Positions 8,831 to 18,600 of a stretch of DNA of 64,000 bases are shown here, piece by piece; positions within the stretch are counted from its first letter, which is position 1; each line of letters starts with the position of its first letter. Position numbers and translations under genes: made by a program. Source of the DNA: Ignavibacteria bacterium (GTDB taxonomy: Bacteria > Bacteroidota > Ignavibacteria > Kapaibacteriales > UBA2268); assembly GCA_012518115.1 (NCBI GenBank), contig JAAYTD010000031.1:26464-90463 (forward strand), written 5' to 3'. The notes beneath the pieces are model-generated. The model saw nothing but the letters and a program-made list of their open reading frames with translations, was not told the DNA's origin and did not search any database.

Positions 8831-10416
8831 TTTATTATTTCCACCGCTTGATTTCTATTTTTAATAGCTGTTTTAAACACACCATCTTCTAAAGCACTCA
8901 CTGCATAAAAAGCAGAACTACCCCAAAAATAGTGAGCTATGTTCGCCTTTAACTTATGACGAATTATTTCTTTATCTTTTAAGAACATTTCTTCGTTCCA
9001 AATTTTCTTTATATTATGCGAAAAAACTCTTAAATGCTGTAAAATTTCATCACTCACATTATAATTAAAAAGGAAATCTTCGAAAGTACTATTTGCAATC
9101 CCAGAAAATAAATGCAAATTTTTGAATACAAATTCTATCATAATACCTTTTGAAATCAAGACATCAGTTAGTAAAGTTATAGTATCTTTTGCACAAGTAA
9201 TATCAGGCATAATTCCACCTAAATTTATAATAGGTCTTTTTTTTCGCTTCGTATAATAAACATCTAATTTTGTTGGCAGATTATCTTCTTCCAATCGTTT
9301 TTCCAACTGTTTATAAATGCTAGTATCAGATAATTTGAGTTGTGGATCTATATCTAATTTCTCTTGCTTTGATTTTTCTATTGGTCGTCCCGAAGGTGTA
9401 ATAAATTTTGCAACTGTAACTTTATAACCCGTTGTATCTATTAAGTTCCAGTTTTTTTGCATAGTGCCTTTTCCAAATGTTTTTTCTCCTATCAAAATAC
9501 CTCTATCCAAATCTTGTATAGCTCCAGCAAAAATCTCACTTGCAGAAGCACTGTTGCCATTTATCAAAACTATTAAAGGTGTTTTTTTAAAACTTCCTGT
9601 ACCTGTCGAGATAGTATTATACTTAAAATCTGCTTTCTTTGCAAAACTTTCAAAAATAGTATCCTTTACGTCCATAAATTCATTAATCATCTTCAATGCA
9701 GCATCTAAAGTTCCTCCACTATTATCTCGCAAATCTATAATAATCCCTTCAAGTTTCTTTTTATTAGATAGTTTACTAGCTAGTTCCGTAAATTCTTCAT
9801 AAGTTTTTGTAGAAAAACGAGAAATTTTTATATAAGCAGTATTTATATCTGGAATAACAAAATAAGAAACTATTGATGGCTCATCGTACTTTTTACAAAT
9901 AAGAGAAACTGTTTTTACTTCTAATGATTTATAATTCATCCACTTAACAAGAATTGTATCGCCTTCTTTTGCACGCAATTCACTGTTAATTTTATAATAA
10001 TTATTTACATTAGCTTCAATATTATTGACAGAAATCAGCACTCCACCCCGCTGTATTTTTGCATCTTCGGCAGGACTATTTTGATCTACATCTAAAATAA
10101 AAATTGTATCGGCAAGCAATTGTGTAGTAATTCCAATAGATTCAGTTTGTCCTTGATTTGAATTAAAATATTTACTCCATATAGATTTTGGATAATAAGC
10201 ATTTTGTTTATTTACACTTTTCAACATCGCAGAAAATGCAGAATCGCTCGCCGTATAAATATCAACACTATCTGAACTATATTCGTACAATGTTTCCAAC
10301 ATAGAACGAAATTTCCGTGTTTGGAAATCTATAATAGTAGCTATAGAATCTTGTTGAGCATAAATCCAATTATTTGTCACGAATAATAAAATCACATATA
10401 TGATTATTTTTCTCAT
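8827..10416 (-). CDS. S41 family C-terminal processing peptidase (Ctp/Tsp-like)
   Basis: LINGNSASASEIFAGAIQDLDRGILIGEKTFGKG is the S41 catalytic core. Signal peptide present. 4-bp overlap with the downstream gene. Confidence 0.8.
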   Translation of the reverse strand: MRKIIIYVILLFVTNNWIYAQQDSIATIIDFQTRKFRSMLETLYEYSSDSVDIYTASDSAFSAMLKSVNKQNAYYPKSIWSKYFNSNQGQTESIGITTQLLADTIFILDVDQNSPAEDAKIQRGGVLISVNNIEANVNNYYKINSELRAKEGDTILVKWMNYKSLEVKTVSLICKKYDEPSIVSYFVIPDINTAYIKISRFSTKTYEEFTELASKLSNKKKLEGIIIDLRDNSGGTLDAALKMINEFMDVKDTIFESFAKKADFKYNTISTGTGSFKKTPLIVLINGNSASASEIFAGAIQDLDRGILIGEKTFGKGTMQKNWNLIDTTGYKVTVAKFITPSGRPIEKSKQEKLDIDPQLKLSDTSIYKQLEKRLEEDNLPTKLDVYYTKRKKRPIINLGGIMPDITCAKDTITLLTDVLISKGIMIEFVFKNLHLFSGIANSTFEDFLFNYNVSDEILQHLRVFSHNIKKIWNEEMFLKDKEIIRHKLKANIAHYFWGSSAFYAVSALEDGVFKTAIKNRNQAVEIIK

Positions 10417-10461
10417 TAATTTTCCTATATCTAAATCAATTATTTATCATTACGTAAATAT

Positions 10462-10492
10462 AAAAAAAAGAGTTCTTTTCAATAGAACTCTT
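10462..10492 (-). terminator. Rho-independent terminator downstream of tRNA-Ser
   Basis: Stem AAGAGTTCT (10468-10476) / AGAACTCTT (10484-10492), followed on the minus strand by a T8 run. Confidence 0.7.
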
Positions 10493-10500
10493 CTGATTAG

Positions 10501-10590
10501 CGGAGAGGGCGAGATTCGAACTCGCGGTAGAGCTTTGAACCCTACGACGGTTTAGCAAACCGCTGCCTTCAGCCACTCGGCCACCCCTCC
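10501..10590 (-). tRNA. tRNA-Ser (anticodon GCU), class II with long variable arm
   Basis: Minus strand reads GGAGGGGTGGCCGAGTGGCTGAAGGCAGCGGTTTGCTAAACCGTCGTAGGGTTCAAAGCTCTACCGCGAGTTCGAATCTCGCCCTCTCCG. It has a 7-bp acceptor stem, anticodon loop TTGCTAA and T-arm GCGAG-TTCGAAT-CTCGC. CCA is not encoded. Confidence 0.95.
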
Positions 10591-10694
10591 GTAAAATAAT
10601 TTTTAACAAGGTATATTTTATTTCAGTATAAAACAGAAATAAATAGAACACAAAAATAAATAAAAAAAACGAATTTACCAAATTTTTAGAAAAA

Positions 10695-11687
10695 TTATAT
10701 TATTTTTTCTATCTCAGGTATTAAAATTTGTTTGGCTTCTTCTATTGTCATATCATGAAATCTGCAACCGGCTGCATATATATGCCCGCCTCCGTCATAT
10801 TTAGCTGCAAGTGTTCGTACATCAATACCGTTACGAGAACGCAACGAAATGCGAAGTTCACTTTTTTCTTTAAGTTCTACAATTAGCAAGCCTACAAAAG
10901 AGTTTTTCAAAGACAAAGTTTTTTCAGCATATCCTTCTATCATATCATCATTTGTATTTGTTTTTTTAAACATTTCATCAGAAACAACCATGCAAGAAAT
11001 TTTATCATTAGCAAATGTTTCTAAATTTGAATAAGCAAGTCCTAATAATCTAATTTGATTTAAAGAATTTTGATTATAAATTGCATCATAAATTTTATCA
11101 GGCTCCACTCCTTTAGAAACTAGATCTGTAGCAATAGCTAGTACTTTTTCATTTGTATTGCTAAACCTGAAATTTCCTGTATCGGTCATCATCGCAACAT
11201 AAATTGCTTCAGCAATATCTAATGAAATTTTTCCACCTGTTTGATGTATTAAATTATATACTAATTCACCTGTTGAAGAAACATTTGTATCAACTATATA
11301 TAAATCAGCTATATCCTCACCATCAACATGGTGATCAATTATAACTTTTCTTGCGCTAGAATCTTCAATATGGCAAGCCATGTTTTTCAACCGTCTAAAG
11401 CTATTTAGATCTAGCATAAATATCACATCAGCTTCATAGATATGTTTGTTATGCAAATCAGGCACATATTTTTTTACTTTATTTGAATTTGTCAAAAACT
11501 TCATGTTTTCTGGTGCATAGCTTTCTGGTACCAAAATATGTGCTGACTTCCCATTATCTACAGCAAAATTATATAAAGCTAGTGCCGAACCAATAGCATC
11601 ACCATCAGGATTAATGTGAGTTGTTATTATAATTTTTTCAGCTGAATATAGAAGTTCTACTGCTGCTGCATAATTTAAATTTGTCAT
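10695..11687 (-). CDS. nrnA: DHH/DHHA1 phosphoesterase (NrnA-like oligoribonuclease / pAp phosphatase)
   Basis: THINPDGDAIGSALAL, IIDHHV and GGGHIYAAG motifs. Confidence 0.8.
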   Translation of the reverse strand: MTNLNYAAAVELLYSAEKIIITTHINPDGDAIGSALALYNFAVDNGKSAHILVPESYAPENMKFLTNSNKVKKYVPDLHNKHIYEADVIFMLDLNSFRRLKNMACHIEDSSARKVIIDHHVDGEDIADLYIVDTNVSSTGELVYNLIHQTGGKISLDIAEAIYVAMMTDTGNFRFSNTNEKVLAIATDLVSKGVEPDKIYDAIYNQNSLNQIRLLGLAYSNLETFANDKISCMVVSDEMFKKTNTNDDMIEGYAEKTLSLKNSFVGLLIVELKEKSELRISLRSRNGIDVRTLAAKYDGGGHIYAAGCRFHDMTIEEAKQILIPEIEKII

Positions 11688-11705
11688 TAAAATTGATCCT
11701 TTCTA

Positions 11706-13013
11706 TTAAAATCGATATTGTAAACCGCCAGTGAAAACATTAAATTTACTAATACTATAATCTAAATAAATAGTTATAGGTCCTATATTTTTATTAGCTC
11801 CTATCGTCCATTTTATATGGTTTTCATTTACTTTAACATAAGAAGTTTGAGGTTGATCATCACCTGGATATTCAGGTGGATCTTTTATCCAATTATCAGG
11901 ATTATTTGGATCTTGCTTCAACAATCCTAATGAAATTTGCATCTCATGCGGCAAATAATATTTATAGCTACCGTCAATATAAATACTTTCGTATCCAACA
12001 CCTGTATAAACTTCAAACATATTATCAAAATTTTTGCTAAAGCTTAAATTTACGTTATAGATATTGCCTGTTGCATCTAAATTTGCTTTCGTTACGCCAA
12101 CAGTATTCTCTAAACCCGTATTTTGATAAACAAATTGCAAAGCTATATCAACTGGAGCAGGTTCTATTCTTTTTACACTATTTCCATCAAAATTTTTATC
12201 TTCAAAAAAATATTGAGACAAACTATGTTTTAGCCCTATTCCCCAAAAATGAAATTTTCCTATATATTGCCCAAGATCAATAGACGGAATAAATCGTATT
12301 AGCAATTCCGTACCGAACAAAGAACCTATTTCTAACTGCGGAACTCCTGCAATAAGATGCGTAACATCACCACCGCCATATAGAGTAAAATGTTCAGGCA
12401 AAGAAGCAACTGTAGATTCTATCATCTCAGCTGCCTCTGGATATTGTTTCAATATTAATGGCATAGCAGGATGTTTTTTCACTAGTTCCACCATAACTGA
12501 ATGTGGAAGTTTCAAATAAGTATCGCCTTTTCCTAATGAAGTTGAAGCCAAAGCAGGTGGCACAATAGTTTTATCAACCACAACACCTTGATAAAGCAAT
12601 GTTTGCAAAAAATAATTCAATAAAGCAGCCGTATCTTGAGAAGTTACAAATCCAAGAGCAGTTAATAAATCAAATTCTTGCATAGGAAATTGCGGAGTAA
12701 AACTACGCATTTCATCAATTACACTTCCATACATTCCATTAACGCTAATTCTAAAGTACGGCTTGTTCACTTTTTTAGGAACATAAGCTGAATGATAAAA
12801 CGCAGAATTCGTAACTGAATTTGCTACTTTCGTCGTCGGAGCAAGATAAGATTGAGCATTTGCATCAAACAAGTCTTTACTAAAAGCACGACATAAAGGC
12901 ACTACATAGCTATTAGGAGGTGCTGAAGTCAAAGTACCAGTCAAGATAAAGAAAAACAATAAAAATAAATTTAAAAACTTTGAAAACGAATAATTTTCCA
13001 TAAATACATTCAA
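11706..13013 (-). CDS. Hypothetical outer-membrane beta-barrel protein
   Basis: Signal peptide. Alternating amphipathic C-terminal strands ending in ...GGLQYRF (terminal Phe typical of OMPs). No family recognised. Confidence 0.4.
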   Translation of the reverse strand: MNVFMENYSFSKFLNLFLLFFFILTGTLTSAPPNSYVVPLCRAFSKDLFDANAQSYLAPTTKVANSVTNSAFYHSAYVPKKVNKPYFRISVNGMYGSVIDEMRSFTPQFPMQEFDLLTALGFVTSQDTAALLNYFLQTLLYQGVVVDKTIVPPALASTSLGKGDTYLKLPHSVMVELVKKHPAMPLILKQYPEAAEMIESTVASLPEHFTLYGGGDVTHLIAGVPQLEIGSLFGTELLIRFIPSIDLGQYIGKFHFWGIGLKHSLSQYFFEDKNFDGNSVKRIEPAPVDIALQFVYQNTGLENTVGVTKANLDATGNIYNVNLSFSKNFDNMFEVYTGVGYESIYIDGSYKYYLPHEMQISLGLLKQDPNNPDNWIKDPPEYPGDDQPQTSYVKVNENHIKWTIGANKNIGPITIYLDYSISKFNVFTGGLQYRF

Positions 13014-13349
13014 CTTAACAAAATTAAACAGACGATAATTTAATTATAACCAAGCGAAAAAACAAAACAAATTTACAATAGAAAGAGTGAAAGTTGAAAA
13101 AACAGCTTAAATATAGATTAAATTTAAGATATTTTTAATTATTTTATGTTTTTACATATTTTTTTCTTATTTTTAAAGATATTGTGTGGTGTTATATATA
13201 GATTAAAATTAATTATAAGTAATTGAGTCAAATACCTCTTATAGCTATAAGCATAATAGTTAATATAGAATAAAACATAAAAACACTAATAATAATTTGG
13301 CTTATAATAGCTAGAAGCTAGAAAATATACAAAAAATTAAAAAAAATTT

Positions 13350-13778
13350 ATGGCAACAGAAAGAATCACAAGTGAAAAGATTGTAAAAACTTCACATTTC
13401 GGAGAAATAAAAGTAACTCCGGAAACGATTTTCTATTTTGAAAATGGTGTATTAGGATTTGAAGAGTTAAACAATTTTGTTCTTATAACAGAAGATGAAA
13501 CCGTACCTTTCAAATGGCTGTTAGCTATTGAAAACCCTGAAATTATTTTTCCGGTAATCAGTCCGTGGTATATTATAGACACCTATAATCCAGGTAAAAA
13601 TTTTAATTTGGAAAACAATGTACTTTTTGCTATTGTTACTTTAAATGATGGCGAGGGAAATATCACTGCTAATTTAAAAGCTCCTGTTGCACTTAATGTT
13701 ACAGAACAAACTGGCGAACAAATTATTCTTCCTACAGATAAATATGCATTAAATCATATTATTAGCCAAAAAAAATAG
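13350..13778 (+). CDS. fliW: Flagellar assembly factor FliW (CsrA antagonist)
   Basis: 142 aa. FENGVLGFEELNNFVLI...PFKWLLAIENPEI is the FliW signature. Immediately upstream of csrA. Confidence 0.85.
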   Translation: MATERITSEKIVKTSHFGEIKVTPETIFYFENGVLGFEELNNFVLITEDETVPFKWLLAIENPEIIFPVISPWYIIDTYNPGKNFNLENNVLFAIVTLNDGEGNITANLKAPVALNVTEQTGEQIILPTDKYALNHIISQKK

Positions 13779-13787
13779 AGGTTCATA

Positions 13788-14102
13788 ATGTTAGTTCTGT
13801 CAAGAAAAACTGGTGAAGTTATTACCGTAGGAAAATCAATTACTATCACAGTACTCAGCAATGATCGAGGAATTGTTCGTTTAGGTATAGAAGCACCGAA
13901 AAATGTTCCTGTGCATAGAAAAGAAGTTTTTGATAAAATAGTTGAGCTAAATCAACAAGCTTCAAAATTTCGTTTTATTGACCTTAAAAATGCGATTTCA
14001 AACAAAGAAGTTGTTGTTGTACGAAAAAAGAACGAACAAAACTATAATAAACAACATAATCAAAATCTTATTACTAATAATATTGTTACTAAGAAAAAAT
14101 AA
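13788..14102 (+). CDS. csrA: Carbon storage regulator CsrA with extended C-terminal tail
   Basis: MLVLSRKTGEVITVGKSITITVLSNDRGIVRLGIEAPKNVPVHRKEV is canonical CsrA. It is followed by a ~35-aa N/K/Q-rich extension. Confidence 0.9.
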   Translation: MLVLSRKTGEVITVGKSITITVLSNDRGIVRLGIEAPKNVPVHRKEVFDKIVELNQQASKFRFIDLKNAISNKEVVVVRKKNEQNYNKQHNQNLITNNIVTKKK

Positions 14103-14125
14103 ATCATTAGATTAATAATTTAATT

Positions 14126-14773
14126 GTGAGAAATTATTCTGTACTTATAATAGAAGATGATATTTGGTTTAGAAGAGTTCTTTCTAAAATTATGGAAGAA
14201 CAAGGATTTTCTATTAGATATCAAGCTGTAACAGGTTATGAAGGAATTGCACTTGCTGTAGAACATGCTCCGGATCTAATCCTATTAGATATCTTAATGC
14301 CGGAATTAGACGGCGAACAAACTTTAAGACTTCTTAAACAAATTCAAAGCGTAAGAAATATACCTGTCATAATTGTTTCTGCTTGTTTAGACCCAGAACT
14401 TGTAACAGAATTAATACAATTAGGAGCAGCTGAAATTATAGGCAAACCTTTCACTTTAGCTACTGTACAAAGTAAATTAGAAAAAGTCTTCGGAAGCGAA
14501 AATTTATTGAAAATAAAACAAGGTGAAGAAATTGATACTTCTTATTTTATAAAAGATATTGACTACGATAATGAATTTAGCGTAAACAATATGATAAATA
14601 ATGAGATTAATTTAGAAAATTTCAATGAAACTACCGCCCAAAAACTAAAAGAAGAAAACATCACTACACAAATAAGTTCAATTGTAGAAGATAAATTAAA
14701 AATTTATAACGAAAAAAACAACGGATCTGCCGAAAAGATTAAAAATATTCTCGGGGATTTGTCTCAAAAATAA
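14126..14773 (+). CDS. Single-domain response regulator (REC) with acidic/N-rich C-terminal extension
   Basis: GTG start. Has the EDD pair, DLILLDILMP phospho-acceptor Asp, VSA and GKPF motifs. No output domain recognised. Confidence 0.75.
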   Translation: MRNYSVLIIEDDIWFRRVLSKIMEEQGFSIRYQAVTGYEGIALAVEHAPDLILLDILMPELDGEQTLRLLKQIQSVRNIPVIIVSACLDPELVTELIQLGAAEIIGKPFTLATVQSKLEKVFGSENLLKIKQGEEIDTSYFIKDIDYDNEFSVNNMINNEINLENFNETTAQKLKEENITTQISSIVEDKLKIYNEKNNGSAEKIKNILGDLSQK

Positions 14774-14793
14774 CAAATAGCTTTCCGGTAATT

Positions 14794-15600
14794 ATGAAAA
14801 AAATAGATAACATAGCTTCTGTAAACGGTAGATTGCTCCTACATGAAGTTTATCATAAGCTTAAATTTGAAAGACAAAGAAATTCACTCTCCGTATTGCT
14901 AACTTTATGGCGTATCTGCACAGTCGAAACAGAAATAAATCAATATATAGATGAAGATGAAGTAATTATTCTGCACAAATTAGGTTTTTGGCGTGGCACT
15001 CTATTGTGGATAGAAGAAATAGTAAGTCGATATTATTTTTCAACAATAAATTCACTCGTTTATTTTGGTGCAGCTGTTTTACTCGTGCTTATAGGACTTA
15101 ACAACTTTACTGACAAAGTAGATAGTTCTGTCGTTGTCTATGGATTAGCCTTTGAAGCTTCTATGCTCCTATTAATGTTTTTTATAATGCTTTTCACCCC
15201 TAATGATGATATTTTTCTCTTAAAAAACTATGAAAAAGAAGATGATTTACAAAAAGAATTACTTGAGGAAATCGGAGAAATAAGTCGTGATTTCGCTCTA
15301 ACTTCCGCTCAATTAGAAAAAAGTATTTCTTTTTTTGAAACTATTATTGACAAACAAAATAGCCTTTTAGAAATTATTAGTAAAATATCGCAAACTAATA
15401 TTGAAGCAGTAAATCCAAATCCAAAAATGATAGAAATTATGCAAGAAACTAATATAAGTATCGCTAAATTTAATGAAAACTTAAAGACTATAAACTCAAC
15501 CCTTGAAGAAGTCAAATCCTATGAAATTCAAGCTATTGTAAAAAAAGAAATAGAGCTTTTTTTTACTGATAGATTTTCTAATAATTCCCATAATAAATAA
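14794..15600 (+). CDS. Hypothetical membrane protein with C-terminal coiled coil
   Basis: Two or three hydrophobic helices (residues ~85-135), then a long E/K/I-rich helical region. Same strand and close spacing with fliW-csrA-REC. Confidence 0.35.
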   Translation: MKKIDNIASVNGRLLLHEVYHKLKFERQRNSLSVLLTLWRICTVETEINQYIDEDEVIILHKLGFWRGTLLWIEEIVSRYYFSTINSLVYFGAAVLLVLIGLNNFTDKVDSSVVVYGLAFEASMLLLMFFIMLFTPNDDIFLLKNYEKEDDLQKELLEEIGEISRDFALTSAQLEKSISFFETIIDKQNSLLEIISKISQTNIEAVNPNPKMIEIMQETNISIAKFNENLKTINSTLEEVKSYEIQAIVKKEIELFFTDRFSNNSHNK

Positions 15601-15634
15601 AAAAAGACACTAAAAAATTATAGTGTCTTTTAAT
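15601..15634. terminator. Bidirectional terminator between convergent genes
   Basis: AAAGACACTA (15603-15612) / TAGTGTCTTT (15621-15630), with an A-run before and a T-run after. Confidence 0.65.
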
Positions 15635-15660
15635 AAACTTCAACAAAATATCAAAAATTG

Positions 15661-18600
15661 TTATTGTTTTATAAATGTACTCCATTTGCTTTCAGTATCT
15701 TTTTCAATACAAATAGAATACCTTCCCGCTTGCAATTGCATTATATTCAATAGCAATGTTTGCCCTGCAACGAGCTCTACATTTTTTTCTAATACGAGCT
15801 CTCCAGCTATATTATAAATTTTTAATTTTGTTAATCCAAAATCTTCACTCACCTCTAACAACAATTGTTCGCTGGTAGGGTTAGGATATACAAATATTGA
15901 GTTTACAATATCATTCGTTGCAATACTTTCAAAATTATCTAATCCAAAAGAATAAACTATTCGCTTCCCAAAATCTGGGTTAAAAGTTTTCAATACTTTC
16001 CCATCGTTACTAACTATATCAAAAGCACCTTTCCCTTGATTAGGCACCATCCACGAAGAAAGTCCGTAGTAATATCTTGTATCTTCAAATTCCAAACGAT
16101 AGCAACCATTTGGTAAATCTTTCAACTCAATATTACTAGTTGAATTAGCACCTATAGCTTGATATGTTTTTACAACTTCATTTTTAAAATCATAAATTTT
16201 CAATACATAATCATTCGGTCTCAAATTACTTCTATAACGAATTACGCAATTATCTTTATTGTAAGTATCAGGAATAGAAAATCTTGCTTTAGCTATATTA
16301 TTTTCAGGTTTTTCATCGCCATCGACTACAACTTCTATTAAAATTTCAGGATTATTATTATCTGTTGCTAAAAATTTTGGATCATTTAAGCTAACAACAA
16401 TAGTATCGTAACTTCTTGCTTTAATGTTTTGTTCAATTAAGTGATTTTCAGTCTTTCCACTGTTCTTCAAGATAACTTCACAACTTGCTATGTCTTCGTC
16501 AGAATTGTTTTGAACAATAAATTTTATACCGTTGCATATAGGATTTAATTTACTATATATATCTTCTTTCGAAGGTGTTATAATTTTAAAAACCTCTAAA
16601 TCATTTTTATATTTTGCAGCAGCATATTCAACAAGATGGAAGTTTGCAATATAGTTTCCTGTTCCTATTTCCGGAAACTGCAACAAAGGAGAATTGTCCG
16701 TTTGATAGTTTATAGCTACTTCATTATTTTTTACATATGGTGTCAAATCAACTTCATAATCTTTGACTATATCGCCCGGACACCAACCTTCACGAGCTAA
16801 CATCCATGTGCCACCTTGTGGCCACACCGGATTTTCTGTACAATTTTGCCATATTTTCCACTCTGCAGCTACTTCATACTCATCTACAGTAGGACCTGCA
16901 TAAAGATAATGTATGTTATCCAAAAACTCACAGCATTGTGATTGATGTTGCGTATTAGGCACCATTCCATGACCTGTTAAACGTACTTTTAATTTTGCCG
17001 ATTTTGTTTCCGGTAAAAGCTTAACTATTGCATCAGATATAACTTTATCCGTTCCTAAATCTTTATACGCATAGCTACTAACAGAACCCCAAGGCTCACT
17101 AATTCTTAAAACTTCTCTATTTGGCTCACCTTTTATAAATAGAAATTTAAGATCTATTAATTCTTGATTGTTATGTGCTATAATTTCAACATTACCACGT
17201 AATTCGTTCATATAATCTGTTAGATTATATTCCCATTCAAAACCATTTTCACCTAAAGATAAATTAATTCCATAAGGAGTTATAAATCGTCCTAATTCAA
17301 AAACATCTTTTTTCGGATAATGTTTTGTTTCATAATCAAACAATGCATTTTCAACAGTAAATTCTTCAATGTCTTCAGTAATTTCCGTTGAATCTATTTT
17401 GTTACCATTTTCATCATAAGTATAAGAATAATTAGAGTATTTGTAATCAATTCTTTCTATTTCAGGATAATGGTTATCTGCTGAAAAATAAACAATTGAA
17501 ATAGGCAATTGTTTTCTTTCTTGCTGGATAGTATTTTCTTCTTTAGAATAAGTAAAATCGCCTGTATAGAGCGTTATATTTGGTAAAAAATTTGTTTGCG
17601 TCTCAAGAAGAGGAGCATCATTAGAAGACAAAAACTCAACTTGCCCAACAACTTTTGCCATTGGAGTTTCAGGAATAAGCGAAGGTAAAATAAGAGTTAA
17701 AGTCGCACCATATTCTTCCATAAAAAGCATACAGATTTTTAGATGGTCTTGCTTTTGGTGCTCTTCTGTTATAAAAGTTTTATTTTTCCAATCTTTTATT
17801 TCTTGTTCTGTTAAGCCAGTATCCCATACACGAACTTGAGCAAAACATGCATCTGCATTTTCCGATATATATGTTTCTGTTTTTGCATCAACGTTTTCTG
17901 GTTTTAGTTTATAAAAATCTCCACGACCTACGGAAAATCGGACTGGCAAATCATCAATAAAACGTGAAAGATATACATCCCAGCCATGAGCATACCAATT
18001 AGTAAAACCTAATGGTACAGATAGTCCATTAACAAAAAGTTTTACAACATCTTTACACTCTTCACCATCTTTTCCGTCGAAAACTAAAGCAATATGAGCC
18101 CATTTTCCAACCATTAGAGGCGAATTATTAGAAGTTACCGTACTATTCATATCACTTCTGAAATTTACTTGTAACTTCATATTATTTTTGTCGTCAGGTT
18201 GATTTGCCGACAAAACTACTTTATCGCCTAATCTAAAAATAGTCCCTTCTTTTTCCATTTTCACCCAAGCTTCCCAAGTAAAATTTTGTTTTCCAGAAAT
18301 TGTTGGCAAAGATATAGTCTCAATCCAAGCATTATTTCCATCGAGTTTAGCATAATTACACGGTACTATAGTCACTCCTACATCTTCTTTAGAAAACTCT
18401 CCTTTTAGTTTATTTTGAGTGTTAGGTTTTACTGTAGCTGTTATATCAAGAATCAAATTTGATTTCCCGTCATATACAAAATCTTCGCTGAAATTCAGAA
18501 AGAATTTACCGTCTATGCAATCTTCTTTTGTTATAAAAGTTTGAAAAGCTACTTCTTTAAAATCAAATCTAGTATTATATTCAACAAGTTTACTAGCTGC

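Noticed and set aside
10436-10681. 81-aa ORF in the six-frame track
   Set aside because: It is the antisense/through-translation of tRNA-Ser(GCU) (10501-10590) and its terminator. The GC-rich peptide segment GGRVAEGSGLLNRRR is the tRNA itself.
13012-13038. GACGATAA at 13031-13038 as a sigma-28 promoter for fliW
   Set aside because: No TAAA-like -35 lies at a 15-16 nt spacing (the sequence there is AACT/TAAC). The site also sits more than 300 nt from the fliW ATG, right at the start of the divergent OMP gene.
13294-13310. TGGCTTATAATAGCT as a sigma-54 (-24/-12) promoter upstream of fliW
   Set aside because: The GG-to-GC spacing is one nucleotide short of the consensus, and the -12 region lacks TTGC. 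It is too weak to call.
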